64,000 bases of DNA from Microbotryum violaceum (taxonomy: Eukaryota). The DNA lies in NCBI GenBank assembly GCA_001244265.2, contig CDLV01000020.1, positions 186,001-250,000 on the forward strand, read 5' to 3'. Positions 51,186 to 64,000 of this stretch are shown piece by piece; positions within the stretch are counted from its first letter, which is position 1, and each line of letters opens with the position of its first letter. The notes beneath the pieces were generated by a model. That model did not search any database. It was not told the origin of the DNA and worked only from the letters and a program-made list of their open reading frames with translations. The translations under genes were made by a program, and so were the position numbers.

Positions 51186-51530
51186 GAAGGGGGTGTGCAG
51201 CGTCGGGTGTCGGGGAATGGGTTGGGGGGGTTGCCATCAGAAATCTGATGGCCACCTCTTTGCTTGTATCGAAAAATGAGAAGCACCCAATTGGAATAGT
51301 GAATATTTTCAAAGTAATTCTAGTACTCGGCGCTACTTGGTGTTTTGGGCTGCGATCACTCCGTTTGGAATAAAAGCCAACTTTTGAACCCGACCACAGG
51401 AGAGATAAAGCGGCGAATCGAATGGCGAGGGGCGCGTGTGGACGTTGTGCGACGCGGGCCGAGTTGGGCCAACATCCTCCTTGGAGCTGCGATCGACATC
51501 TGTACGCGCTCGTCTGGCGACCGCGGAGAA

Positions 51531-53962
51531 ATGGATCGGCCTCGACCTCCAACATCACCGATCAAATCGAGCATGACGATCATACCGAACGGCACAGTCT
51601 CCACCTCTTCCCCAGCCACGCCCGTCGGAACCAGCCAGGATCACGCGAACGGAGCGGCCGCAGGAGCTGGTACGACCTCGACAACGACAGGGCCGAGTGG
51701 CATTCCTGGCACGCAGGACCTGTGGGGTTCGATCCTGGATAGCGTATCGAGCTCGAGGAACGTGTCGACGAAGAACTGTATCGTGCTGGGTGAGCACTGG
51801 AGCATCGCAGCCAAGTGGGAGAGGAGGTGTCTCCTAAGCCTGTGGCCAGACAGCGCCGCAGCGAACTAGCTCGTACGAGATTCGACATGCGCAGATCACT
51901 GACCTTTCTCGCCACGAACAGGTTCCGCATCGTCGGGCAAGACCACGCTGGTGGACCGTTTGGCTTCAGCAACGGGTCAACCTTCTTCGTCGTCATCGAG
52001 CGATCCGAGCTCATCGACCACCAATCCGACGGGGACGGGGACGGGGACAGGGACAGGGACGACGACGAATCACCCTTCGCTCGATGTTGGACTCAGTTAC
52101 TCGGTCTTGGATGTCCGAGATGAGGCGGACGAAGGTGCGTACAAAAAATACAACGGGTTTCCCGCGTAGTGACCTCAAACTGAATGGCCGAAACATGTTT
52201 CTCCGAACAGACACCGTCGCTAGGATGGGTATCTACCAACTTCCATCGCACAAACCACCTTATCCGTCACTATTGTCCTTGGCGTTGTCAAGATCGACGC
52301 TCTTGGACTCGCTCGTCGTCGTCGTGCTCGATTGGGAGAGCCCGCACAGCTTTCTCCGAGAACTCGGAGCGTGGATCGAGGTCTTGACGCGAGTCGCCGA
52401 GCAGGCTGCAGCGAATGATACCTGGGAGGCAGTGACGGCCAAGGAGAGAGGTAACTAGGGCGAATACACTACATCGCTTGAAAACATAGCTGATCTAATC
52501 AAGAACTCGCAGTGGAAGCGCATGTGCGCAGTTATCACGAACCGACCCCATCCACTACCGCTGCGACCACTTCGGCTTCGGCAAACACCTCGACAACAGC
52601 GCAAGTACCCGACCATGACTCGCCACTGCCGGCTGGTGTGCTCGATCAACCTTTAGGTCTTCCTTTGGTTATCGTCTGCACCAAGTCCGATCAGATCGAC
52701 ACGCTCGAGCGGGAGATGGAGTTCAAGGAGGAGCAGTGCGACTTTGTGCAACAGGCACTGAGAACGGTTTGCCTCAAGTACGGCGCCGCGTTATTCTTCA
52801 CATCTCACTCGAGACCGATGACCTTTGCCCGACTGAGGTCCTACATCTTACATCGACTGTTTTCGCCCCCTCCCACGACGGTCTCGGCGCCCACAGCGCT
52901 GGGCAATCAGGCCGATGAAGCTGGGTCGGTACCGACTTCGACATTACCGCTCAACGCCGTCGGCTCGGCATTGAAGGCGTTCCCATTCAATCACCGCGCG
53001 AACGTCGTCGATCGGGAAGAGGTGCTCGTTCCCAGCGGTTGGGATAGTTGGGGCAAGATCAGGGTCTTGAGGGATCGATTCGATCCGGAAGCGTTCTCTC
53101 GGGCTTGGGATGATGACGTTAGGAGTGGGCTTGGGGAGGTGTCGACTAGGGGTGGGGCCGTGGCGATGTATGAGGATATAGTCGTTGATGTCGATGAGGA
53201 TAGTCAGGTGAGTAAATCGATCGAAGCTGATCAGGGTGAGCTAGTCTTGTTGACCTTTTAAATTCTAAAAAAAAAAAACGACCTCTCAGCCGACACGGGT
53301 AGTGACGAACCACGTCGAGGCGATGGACGAGCAAGACTTTTTGAAACCGCATTATGAAACCCTCCAAGCCGACCGCGTCAAAGATCCTCGAGCTGCGTTT
53401 GCTGCACGGCCCGGGGATAGTGGAGCGATGAATGGGATGTCGAACGAAGGAGGCTTTGGGGGCTCGGTCGTCGGGCCCATGTCGAGTGCGGTGTTGAGTT
53501 TGCCGAGCGTAGAGAGGGCGCTTGGGGGTGGTGGGGGTGGGGCAGAAGGTTTGGGCTCTGAGGGCGATAACGTGTCGGCTAGATTGGCCAAGATGGTACA
53601 AAAGGTAAGCATACACTCGAATCGAGGTTGCCGATGGTCAATGACTGGAGACTGATCGTCTAACACCATTGTTTTTGTATTTTATCCAGGACTCGGGACA
53701 AGGAAGCGCCGAAGCGCGTGGCTCGGCCCTACCATCTTCCGGAATGACCTCACCAACTTCCCTCGGCAACGCAGGCGCATCTTCCTTGCCTTCTGGAACT
53801 GGAGCAACGGCAGGGGGACAGAACGAGGTTTTAGCCAACTTTTTCCAAAGCCTCTTGGCGGCGAGGAGTTCGACCACGCCGAGTGGGGGAGCGACGGGAT
53901 CGGGGAACAATGCGAGTCCGAGTCATGGCTCTTTAGGGGCGAGTACGAGGGGTGGAGCATAA
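51531..53962 (+). CDS. Cytoplasmic dynein light intermediate chain
   Basis: LWGSILDSV; P-loop G|SASSGKTT; LGLPLVIVCTKSD; LRTVCLKYGAALF; VPSGWDSWGKI; EVLANFFQSLL. Confidence 0.93.
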
Positions 53963-54406
53963 TTAATGAGAGAATAATGGGTTGATCACACCACATCTGT
54001 GATCATACTCTAATTGGGAGTTGAATGATTCTTACCCTCTCACCTCTCTGTGTATGCGCGCACCACGTGTATGGAATTGTTTATTGCATTCGGAGAGCAG
54101 TGCACATCCTTTTGTTACTACACTCTTCATCCTTTATTCGCCAGACACAAGATGTTGGGTAGCTGACATTCTGCCCGACCGTGCGCTGGCTGACTCGGTA
54201 CCAAACGGAGAAAGCCCGGCGACGAGGATGACGTCGAGCCGAGGTTGCGAGATCGGGCGGCGGACCCGATGGGCGACCCGAAAGGAAGCCGAGCGAGAGC
54301 GTGGTGGGTTGAGTCTCGGAAGGCGTCGCTTTCACGCTCCTTCCACACTCATCCCTGCCGTACCAAGTCAGCTCACACGCTTATCTTCTCTTGGGATTCA
54401 CTGGTC

Positions 54407-55901
54407 ATGTCGCCATCGACCTTCATACCCCGTCCGGCGCTCAGCTCCGCCGCCTCCGCCGCTCTGACTTCGCACGGCGTGCCGTTGAAGACCCTGGAGG
54501 AAGCATGCAAGGGATGTGCCCACGACGACTCAGACGACTTGGAAACCTATCCGAAAACTTTCGACGTCGATTTGGATTCCGAGATGTTGGGTTCGGTCAA
54601 CTACTACGGTCGTGAGTGCTTTGTATGATCGAAGCCTGAATGCATACATTAGCCACGAAGCCTCAGGCTTTCGCACCCAAGTTTAGCTAATCTGCTTTTC
54701 TCGGGTTGGGCCTTTGGTAATCAGGTCAGATTTTGATCGCGACCGGAAAGAGCGATTGGGATAGAGAAGTGACTGATGATCCCGAATCGCTACCGGGACT
54801 TCTCAAGAGTGCCTACGAGCTGGCGACGACTTGTTCGGACGGAGGCCGAAAAGGAACGGGCCTGCTGAACAAGACTTTCCAGAAACTCAAAATCGTAAAG
54901 GGCGACGATGCTCCGCTTCCTGAAGGATCGGTTTACAAAGGGGTTTACCCGTCGATCGTCGCGCCTCCTCCACTCAAAGCATCTACGAGCGCGGTGGCCC
55001 CTGACTCGACTGAAACGGCGGAAGTCGTCGAACCGCCGAGGCTCTCGATTCTCACGGGCTCGTTCCTGTCCAACTCGCACGAGGACGACGACCATTCCGT
55101 TATCGTCTTGCCCGACTTCAAGATCGTCCACCACGTATCCGCCAAAGCTTCGTCGGTCAAGGCGTTCGTCGGATCTCACCTCCACCCTTCCGTTCCTCGG
55201 CCCGGACTCTCGTCGCTCACCTCTTCGAAAACGAGGTCTTACCCGCTACCTTATCGAGCTTTGGTTCTCATTTGTTCGCATAAACGAAGGGACAAGCGAT
55301 GTCATATCGCCGCTCCGCTGCTGATCAATCAATTCCATCACCACCTGGCCGAACATGATTTGGAGATGGACGAACGAGGCGATAGTCTCGGCAGTTCGGA
55401 TGAGAGACCATTAGAGGCATGGCCATTGGAGGAGAGGGAGAGCAAGATGGACGAAGCGCTGAAAGGGGTGAGGATAGGTGAAGGTAGAGTGGGAGTGTTC
55501 AAATGCAGTCATATCGGTGGGTGCTATACCTTTTTTCCGAACGTCCAGCCTCGGTTTGCTGATGCTTTTCGATGGGCGATTTGCAATTCGGCAGGGGGTC
55601 ATCGATACGCTGGCAATGTGATCATCTATCTACCTAATGGCACATCAATATGGTATGGTCGCGTGACACCAAGGGATGTAGGGGCGATTGTGAGTGCTCG
55701 AACCATGACATCGAGACCAGATCGGTGTCGTTTCACCACTTCGAATCGAAAAAGCACTCGCTGAGTCTCGACCGACGATCTTCCCTTTCCTCCCAGGTGC
55801 AAACAACTCTGATCGAAGGCAAGGTCATACCCGAACTCCTAAGGGGAGGTTTGGGCTTGGCCGGGAAATCGGGCTTCGAAGAAGGGGTTTTGAGCTGGTA
55901 G
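54407..55901 (+). CDS. APD1: Sucrase/ferredoxin-like (Apd1-type thioredoxin-like 2Fe-2S) protein
   Basis: TGKSDW; LICSHKRRDKRC (CX8C); SHIGG|HRYAGNVIIY; WYGRVTP. Confidence 0.88.
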
Positions 55902-55940
55902 GATCCACTTGAGAAGGCACCATTAGCAAACATAGATAGA

Positions 55941-56221
55941 ATCTGGACTGCGACTCTTCTGGTCTCGCAACGAACGATATTTCAGAAAAGAAAAAAATTG
56001 AGACAGATGTCGACAAGATCGACATAATCGGCCAGCTGCTCCTTGGCCCAGAGCTCACCGTCCTTCTTGTTGACATGTGACGCGGCGTCACTGAAATACC
56101 ACACTTTCAGCTCTGGGTCGAGGAGCAGCTGGCCGGTTATGTCGATCTTGTCGACATCTGTCTCGATCTTTTCTTTTTGGAGTATCGTTCGTTGCGAGAC
56201 CAGAAGAGTCGAAGTCCGGAT
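55941..56221. repeat. Long inverted repeat (115/113-bp arms, 53-bp spacer)
   Basis: 55941-56055 versus the reverse complement of 56109-56221: about 9 substitutions and a 2-nt length difference. Confidence 0.95.
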
Positions 56222-56450
56222 AAGATACGGTCGGCGCGGCAAAGGTAGGACCGGGCATGCAATTTCCAGCGAGGCGGTGCGTCTTTATGCGGTCCCTCGG
56301 CAGGACAGCGGCGGCCGTCGTCTGAGTCGGAGTCGGTCACAGTAACGGCGGATGCGGGGTCGGAGGCTCCCGAGTTGGTGCTCTCCGCGTCGCTTAACGG
56401 CCGGGGTATGAGCAGTGGATCGGGTGTGGCGAAGGCTCTAGCCAACCTGA
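56056..56450 (-). mobile_element. Possible retrotransposon gag-like relic
   Basis: Frameshifted [36 protein letters not shown]; resemblance to fungal gag proteins is only impressionistic. Confidence 0.3.
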
Positions 56451-56868
56451 CAGCGGCGCGAGTGACGGCGGGAATGCTGACGTGTCTTGATCGTTGTCAA
56501 ACAAAAAAAACTGGAAGCACCGCGTGCAGCCCTGCTCCAGAGACGTAGACAGGATCAAATAGTGCTATTATATGTCTAGAACCTCGGGCCAGTGAGCTAA
56601 CAACACTACACATATAAGAAAAGGGGCACCCACCTAGAATCTCGGCCCTCGGGTCAGTTGAGCTGACGACGACGAAAGCCAAGGGAGGTTCTAGGCGCGC
56701 GCGAGCTAATCAACTGATTCCGATACCTCGGGCAAAGGCCTCAGGAGCTCAGGTCTTGCACCTTCCCCCTCCTGAACTAAACCTACCTCGTGGCGGTTCG
56801 TGGTAAACCGAGATCTTCGTTCGCTTTCATCTTAGAGCTGGCGACTGCTGTCGATGGAAAATGGGAGC

Positions 56869-57099
56869 ACTACAAATCGTATTCGTAATACTATTATTCC
56901 ACTACTAACCACTTTCCCACCGCTTACAACGCGTATGCAGTTACAGTTAGCTTTTGTTATCAAGGCATTAGCAGGTATGACTATGGATGAGTACTTTGCA
57001 GCTCGGACTCTTAAGTACTCAACACGTCCTATGCTTATTTCTCATCCGTTATCTACATTACCTTGTTATTTTAATGCTTGGTTATCTGGTTCCATTGAA
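56869..57099 (+). pseudogene. Fragment of a mitochondrial-type LAGLIDADG homing endonuclease (probable NUMT)
   Basis: AT-rich with T/A-ending codons; IIPLLTTFPPLTTRMQLQLAF..EYFAAR..KY..PCYFNAWLSGSIE (compare PPLTSR..QL.F and WLSGFIEAEG). Confidence 0.75.
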
Positions 57100-57569
57100 A
57101 GAAAATTGATCGCGAAATTGTCGGTGCAAGAAAGCACTTCCCTGCGGTGCTGTTAGATAGCTAGCTACAAAAGGATCCACGAGAAGCAAAAGTTACTGGC
57201 GACTAGAAGCGAGCGCGTGCCCTCGACGATCTCGATACCCTAGAAGGGCGGTTCCCGGATACTCATGTATTCCCTCACCTGCTTAATCACCATTAACAGT
57301 CGGTCAAGACCGCGTCCACTATAATATAGCAAAATGGACTATCACAGATGATATAAAATAATAGGGGATGAGGCGTGACTAGGAGCTCTGAAGAGGCCCA
57401 AAGTGAGAGAAACGGACAGAGTGACCGGATTCGCCGAGAGACAGGGGTGAGATCGGTGAGAAGAGAGCGCGGAAAAGAGCCTTTTTATCATCGCCTCTTC
57501 TTCTCCCCGTCGGCCCGGTCATCCGTGTATCAAAATACTCCCAAGATACATCATGGGCGAGCAACTTTC

Positions 57570-60500
57570 TCAAGCCTCAACACGTTTCTCCCCGTCCGTG
57601 GCTTCCCAATACTTCCCGTACAGTGCCATCGTCGACTGATCCCTCGCGCCGAGGCCATTGATCGAAGTGGTTGAGACCGAAAATGGGACGACCTTGTTTG
57701 TCGTCGAGTTTGACGACTGTTTTTTATTAGTCGCTGTCGCGGCTTGCCCCGCTCGAGAACTGGTAGTAGCGAAGGCTGAGCTCGCACGCTTCGTGCTCGT
57801 CGCCGAGGGAGTCAGACCTCGTCCCGATCGAGTATTGCCGCTCGCAGGTGTACTGTTTGGTGACCGTGACGATGCTCTCGTCGAACCCGATCCCACGGGC
57901 GTCGCTCTCGCCTGGCTGGCAGCTGTTGGGGTCTCCCATCGCTGTCGGGAAACCGGACTCGTCAACCGGGGCAGTGTTTCCGACGCGACGCGAAGACGTT
58001 GCCCATGCTTTTGGATCGCGGGAGATTGCTTCGCCACGACCGATTGCGTCGTCACGGACTGTCGAGGGACTTTGCGAGCTCCACCAGTCCCGCTCGTGGT
58101 AGCCCCGGCTGCAGGGAGGGACGACGCTCGGAACACGCGAGGTGAAACGGGTCGTGGGTCATCGGCATCGTAGCGGAAGCTGCCAGAGGGTAACACACAA
58201 TATCAGTACTCGAAGGCAATGGCTGAACTGAAAGCAGACAATGGATTCACCTCATCCGAGATTCGGCGTCGTCGTCGGCGTCTTCCGCTTCCTCGACTGC
58301 AGCAGTAGCAGACTCGGTCTGAGAAGGTCGACCCAGCCATGCCGCTAGGTTCTTCTCAGCGTCCTCGGGTGTTTCCCATTTTTCGACCTTAACAAAGCGG
58401 TCTGCGGACGCTCCAATGAAGCGTCAGTCTCAGGGCTGTTTCGATACGGAGTCGAGACCAACTCACATAAGTTTCTGACTTTGCCCTTCTTCAGCTTCTT
58501 CTCCCTCTTTGCTCCTTCAGTCTTCTTGGAGAATCCACACCCAAAGGGTAGGTCCGTCTCTCTGACCTTGGCGCATCGCACCGTTACATCAGAGAAGTGC
58601 ACGAGCCACTCCTCACCTCCCCTCGCGAGATTGGTCCCCTTCCTCCTCCCTAAAGTCCCCTTCGTCCCCAGCGAGATCATCAACGACTTCTCCTTCATCA
58701 CGACACCGCTCGATGGGCCGCCTTCCACGTCCACAGGCGCGATCGTCTCCTCGATCAAGACTCGAGATCTTCGTGGGGCCATCAAGGCTTTGTCTTGGAT
58801 GCCATCGATACGAGCGATGCCGTCACGTGCGCGCGAACGTTCCTCCTCTTCGATCTTCTCGTCTTCGATCGAACGAACAAGTTCGTCGACTTCGATCGCC
58901 ATCGCACGCGTCTATTCGGACAACTCGGTGAAGACTGTCAGTAATCTAAAGGGAAGTAAACGCATGAAGACTGAAGATTTCTAACCTTTTCCCATTCATG
59001 GGTTGTGGGATCTGATATTCAGACAGTGCCGAGAAAGGTTAGTGTTCGACTGTGAATCAACTCGCCTGAGCCGAGGACTGACCGGTATGGAATAACAAAG
59101 CCTGCATCAACAACGGTAACTTGCCAAGCCTCATCAAGGGCTTGCTCAAGCACAGACCCAGCCCACTCTCTCCCGCTTCGGTCGCTTTCTCCTCCAACTG
59201 CATCAACGTTCGCTTCAAGCGCTGAAGATTGGCTGGATCCGACGCTGACGCAGGTACTGTTGCGGAAGTCGATGGAGATGGCATTGACGAAGTTCTTTTG
59301 AGGAATTTGGCAGTGAGAGTAACGAGGTTCGAGGAGTTGGCGGGTCCGTCTTTGTTGATCGAATGGACGGAAGGGATGCAAGCGTCGATTAGGGCAAGGG
59401 CTTCTTCGAGCGATAGAACGTAATTTGCGTAGGTCTCGAGGAACCAGGGCTGAGGGAGGACTAGCCAGTTAGTGGCCTGAACAGCGATCTCGGGAGGTGA
59501 CAGGGGAGATGGCTCACTTGATCAGACCAGATCGCTGCCAAACCGCGCACGAGGGGAAAAGCTTTCGCCCACTGTTCCTTGCTGTGATAATTACAAGCCC
59601 AGGTTCGACGTGAGCGGGGCAGCACCGGTAAATCTCGACCGCAACGAGTGCCCAACTCACAGACTCGATGCCAGCACTTCATGGCCTTTCAACATTTCCA
59701 GCACGCTCTCCAGTACGTTCCTCAACGCATCCGGCAGGATTGGCGCTGGCCCCGCTTCCTCCGCCTCGTCTGCCATCTCGTGGTTGGGTGTCGCGAGGCT
59801 TCTCATCGAGGCCATGGCGTTTTTGAATGACATGGTCGAGAATCGATTCCGGTTGGTCGTGGACATAGCCCTTGGCTTGTGTGAAGACCCCGCATCGGGC
59901 CCTATCAAAGAACTAGTCGATTGAGCGCCGAAGGAGGAATAAACCCTGCCTCTCATCCCCTGCGATGAAGGCCCTCGGTAGCTCGCCGCTGGGTTGGGTA
60001 GCGACAGCCTGGCGTTCATGACTTTTTCTTCGGGCGACGAGGCGTTGACCGAATTTTGGGTTGCTCTTGAGCCGGCGCGAGGCGTCGAAAGCGACGAGGA
60101 TACATCGTCTGTATCGTGCGTACCTAGCTCGGGAAGATGGTCCCTTGAAACGGTGTGCAGTGATCGTGAAAAACGGGCGGCGATGGGAAGGTCCGAGGAA
60201 GACTCGGCGTGGATCGAAGCCGAGTGTCGATAGGGGGTCGAAGACGAAGATGAAGGTCGCGGTGAGACGACCGTAGGGATCGGAGATGGGGAGGAGGGGA
60301 AGGAGAGGCTTGGAGTGGCTGTTGTTGCAGCAGGTACCGTCGTCGTCGTGAGGAGCGGGTGTAAAAGCGGGGCGACGTAAAGGTTGACAAGCGAGCGCAA
60401 TTCGAGCACGTAGCGTTCTTCCGAGGCGACGACTTCCCATAGGATCTCCTGTCGTGTCCGTTCCCGAGCCGATACGTTGTCGACCAAGTCCGGATTGGCG

Positions 60501-61509
60501 AGTTCGGACCATGTTGCAGGTGCTGTGCAAGCGGGGGTCCAAGGATTGACAGAGTCAGCTCTCGACTTTCTTAGGCAAGCGCTCAGACAGGGCTTGGGCC
60601 GGAGCCTGACTCGCCATAGATTGCGGTCGGATCCCTTTCTTCATCGTTCCATCGCCCACCACTCCCCACTCCCCATGAAGCTCCGCCGAGACGAGTGTTA
60701 TAACTAGCAAAGGAGAGATGCGAGTGTGCCGTGATGGACGAAGGAGAGATTGACAGCGGCGAGGTGGTCCTCTCCTGCCCGAGCGTGGTGGTCGGTGCGT
60801 TTGTCGACGCGACCGAGTTGGATCGAACGGGAAGGGTGTTGGCGATGCTGACCCTACCATTGTTCGTTGTAGTTGGAATGATCGTAGAAGTTGACGCTAG
60901 AGCAGACGTGGACGTCGATGTTGATGTCGGGGCGGCATGGTTTGCGGTGGCCCCTGAGCCTGAGTCGGCGCTCGGGCCTCCCGGGATGACGGAATGAGGA
61001 TGTCCCCTGCGCGACGGACCCTGATCCTGGTGCTGAGCCTTGTCCATTGAGGCAGCAGGAGCCACAGCCGATCCCAACGAGACTCTGACCGTTCTCCGGT
61101 CCTTTGGGTGCACCGATGGTGATGGGTTCGACTGCAAACTCGCGAGCGAGGACCTCCTGAACAAGCTCGTGCTCGGGTCGCGCGGCGATGAGCTCGCCGG
61201 CGCCAGCGGTCGACCAGAGTTTGGCGCAGCGTTCAAGGAAGGGTCATGGTGCTGATGATGCTGTGGGGCTCGTGCAATCGTCGACCATGGTGGATGTGAT
61301 GTTTCCGCACGATCGTAAGTCTGTGTCGCACGTAGAGTATCAGCGGCGTATACGGCGCCTGACGTGGATGTTGATGCATCGGACCGGGCGGCGGCGTCTA
61401 CGGTCGCAGCGGAGGGGTGCTGCCATGGCTCTGGCGCGGGTTCAGAAGAGTCGTGGGTGGCAAGAGGTTGCTTGGACGCTTTCGCCTTGATCCCAAGGAA
61501 GCGTCGCAT
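57570..61509 (-). CDS. Dbl-homology (DH) Rho guanine-nucleotide exchange factor, multi-exon
   Basis: RQEILWEVVASEERYVLEL (DH CR1); LCLSKPLMRLGKLPLLMQALLFHT (CR3); following PH-like segment WLVHFSDV. Confidence 0.87.
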
Positions 61510-61903
61510 GTCGGTGGCTGGCGTGCCAAGTCGGCGAGAGTGGAGTTAAGAGAGGCGCGTTGGGGGTCCGTGTTACGTCGCGACACGCTGCGAGCTGCTG
61601 CGAGTCTGCGACAAGATCGGCAAGAGGCGACTAGTCCAGCCAACAAGTCTCGCCAAGTCCGCCCATCAACGGGGTTCAGCCAGTCAGCTAGCCCCACTTG
61701 TAAGGTAAAGGTGATTCGCACTATGAATTTGTGGACAATCAACGTATGCTAAAATAACAGCCTTGATTCCATTTGCTTGCTTTCCAGCAGACAAAGCGTG
61801 CTATGACATTTTTTTTTCTTAGCCCTCGCACGAATTACCAGCTGATGAAACGGCAAAGGCGCCGGCGCCGGCCCGATCTCCGACGAGAGAGAACAAAGTC
61901 GCC

Positions 61904-63255
61904 TCATACTTCACCAAACAGGTTCATCCCCAGTAATGACCTCTCCTTGAATGAACCGTGCTGATACCCGCAAATGGTGATGGCTCCCGTATCGGCCACG
62001 AAGCGCCTGCCATCCGTCAGAGGCAGTTCGCACCACCGAGTCCTGTTTTGAGGGGCGGCCGATCAGAGTTGCCGAGATTCAGAATAGATGTCGAACAAGT
62101 CAAGAAACGTAGAGTGTGCCGTGTCAGCTTGTCCGTGGAGCGAGACTTTGTGCTCAGCTCTTGTACTAACAACAAGCAACGAGTGAAGTGCCCATGCGAT
62201 ACCACGACGACATCCCCTTTGCCCGAGCGATGCTCCTCATTCGACTCGTGATGGTCTCTGACAGATATGACATTGCATTCCAATGGTTTGTCAGCATGCG
62301 TGAGAGCATTTGCACAGGTTCCAATGCATTTTGGAGTCAGGGGACTCACCTTGTCATGTTGACAATCTTTGCAATCACTCGGTCGCACCGAGCCGTCATT
62401 TCTTCGGCCGACTCGCCTCCCTCGCACCCATCGACCCACTGCGCCAATTGAAAACACGGGTTGAGCAAGGCAATCATAACAAACCGTGGTCCGATCGACG
62501 TGCTCTTCCCCCGCGGAACCGCGGAAGCCATCGAGCGAGAACAAGCAATAGTCGAGAGCCGACGTACGATGTCCCAGTCCTCCTTGTACCGCTCGCGAAT
62601 CTCCTTGCTGACCAAGCCTTCGTACTTGCCATAGTCCCATTCTTGAACGTCTGTGCGAATGTAAGCAAATAGACGATCGTCACTCGTGTCCCAGCTCAAG
62701 CACACTGCTCAGAGGACCAGGTGGAGTCCAAGTCTGGGCGTCTGGGGTCTCGGAGAACTCGAACGAACCCTGCTCGGTCTCGGACTTGGGCACGTCGGCC
62801 TCGTCCAGATTCTCGCGAAACAATAGGCTGAACGTGGTCTGGGCCCTTTGACGAGGCGAAACCAACACGCCTTGGATGTGATCCGGGTCGAGCATTTTGC
62901 CCTTGCCGACGATGCGCTGACCGAGCGAGCGCACGAGCTCTTCCCCGTTCGAGGTGAGCGGGATGTCGGTCTTGCCCGTCTGTCACGTCGCAAGTGAGAG
63001 GTAGCATCGCAGTGTGAGTGATGATGATTCGATACTATCGGAAATGCAAGCGCGGGGTGTTGTGAGAGCTCACGTGTCGTCCGTTGAGGCTCCACTCGGT
63101 CTCGCCTGTATAGAGACCAGCCCAGTCCGATGTGGTGAACCACGATGCCTCATTCGGTCAGCGGTGTCCATCGCGTAGGACTACGACCTTGAGATGCACT
63201 CACCATGTCGGATCAGAATCAAGCGGGGCATCGTAGGGTGACCGTGTTTGCCCAT
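61904..63255 (-). CDS. Histidine phosphatase (phosphoglycerate-mutase family), Shb17-like
   Basis: MPRLILIRHG|ETEWSLNGRH|TGKTDIPLT; SPRQRA; EWDYGKYEG; GGES; VVSHGHFTR; ends LLGMNLFGEV*. Confidence 0.9.
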
Positions 63256-63952
63256 GCTGTCGATGCTTTGGTGTCTGGAGATGTACGAGTTGACGGGGTG
63301 GAAGGGTTGGGAGGAGAAAGAGTGTACTCCCGGTCAGCTCGCGCTGGTCCGAGTCGCCCGGCACAGCTCGTCGCCCAAAGAGGCACAAATCGGACTGCCG
63401 AAAAGTGGGGGCGGGATCTTTGCCAATATAGGAAGCCAGTGCACTAAATGCCCGGTGCCATAAGCTCGACTCAAGCAGCTCGTCTGTAGCAGCTTCGAGA
63501 TTTTATGCCGTATTTGGGGTCTCTAGTTTCGTTCCTCACGAGTATGTTCTGCTCATGTGACATGAGTGATGTCTGCAGACAGTCGTGCCTCGGTACTACT
63601 ACGTACTGATTTTAGAGTCCGCCTAGCTAGTGGCATGGACGTTTGGTCTCGAGTGAGCAAAATTAGTCGATGCCAACATCGAGAGACTAACGACTCTATA
63701 CCAATCCTTCCATATGTCTCCGGACTATTCAAGACAGCCCCGACTCGAGAGCAAACCGGGCCCATGCCCGTCGCCCGAAGGCATGCACTACGAGACCGAG
63801 TTGGCGACCTTGCGGCAACTTGAGAACGTTGAAGAGCATCACGTACGCACCTCGGCCCCTTCGTCTGATAGGGGGGATCGCATGTGAAATTCCCTATAGA
63901 CCACACTCGCATCGCGCCCGTGAAAACCTGATTTTAAGCAGAGTTCACTCTA

Positions 63953-64000
63953 CTAGTAGCTGAGGCCCCGTCCCGGCCGGGGCGGTCAAGAGGACGGCAG
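63953..64000 (-). mobile_element. Helitron-like 3' terminus (element would extend beyond window end)
   Basis: Minus strand: GCCCCG-7nt-CGGGGC hairpin (63965-63983), 8 nt, CTAG (63953-63956), then T. Confidence 0.55.

Noticed and set aside
56494-56860. Solo or 5' LTR next to the gag-like relic
   Set aside because: A TG end and a TATA-like motif are present, but no second LTR, primer-binding site or TSD could be identified.
1-64000. tRNA, rRNA or snoRNA genes
   Set aside because: None recognised by eye; a covariance-model scan would be needed to exclude them.

Overview
Intron-rich, GC-rich eukaryotic (fungal) nuclear DNA, most likely a basidiomycete such as a Microbotryum-like Pucciniomycotina (inference from intron style, gene content and TE types). 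Conserved genes: Elg1-like clamp-loader subunit (partial), secreted S8 subtilisin, a hypothetical protein, F-BAR/RhoGAP, mitochondrial GatA, glycogen debranching enzyme, BCKDH E1-alpha, MDR enoyl-reductase, AAAP amino-acid permease, EFR3, beta-carbonic anhydrase, 2-methylcitrate dehydratase, dynein light intermediate chain, Apd1-like ferredoxin, a DH RhoGEF and a histidine phosphatase. Three repeat-derived islands interrupt them. (i) About 1.6-10.3 kb is a Helitron nest, in which a six-copy 140/141-bp satellite is an amplified exon-intron-exon piece of a PIF1 helicase gene. (ii) About 30-35.4 kb holds L1/Tx1-type LINE relics and an intron-containing FunK1 kinase pseudogene tightly enclosed by about 320-350-bp imperfect inverted repeats (candidate gene-carrying TIR element). 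(iii) About 55.9-57.4 kb holds a 115-bp-arm hairpin made from TE-like sequence and a short AT-rich LAGLIDADG homing-endonuclease fragment that looks like a NUMT. All calls come from by-eye motif recognition and manual splicing; no searches were run and exon boundaries are approximate.
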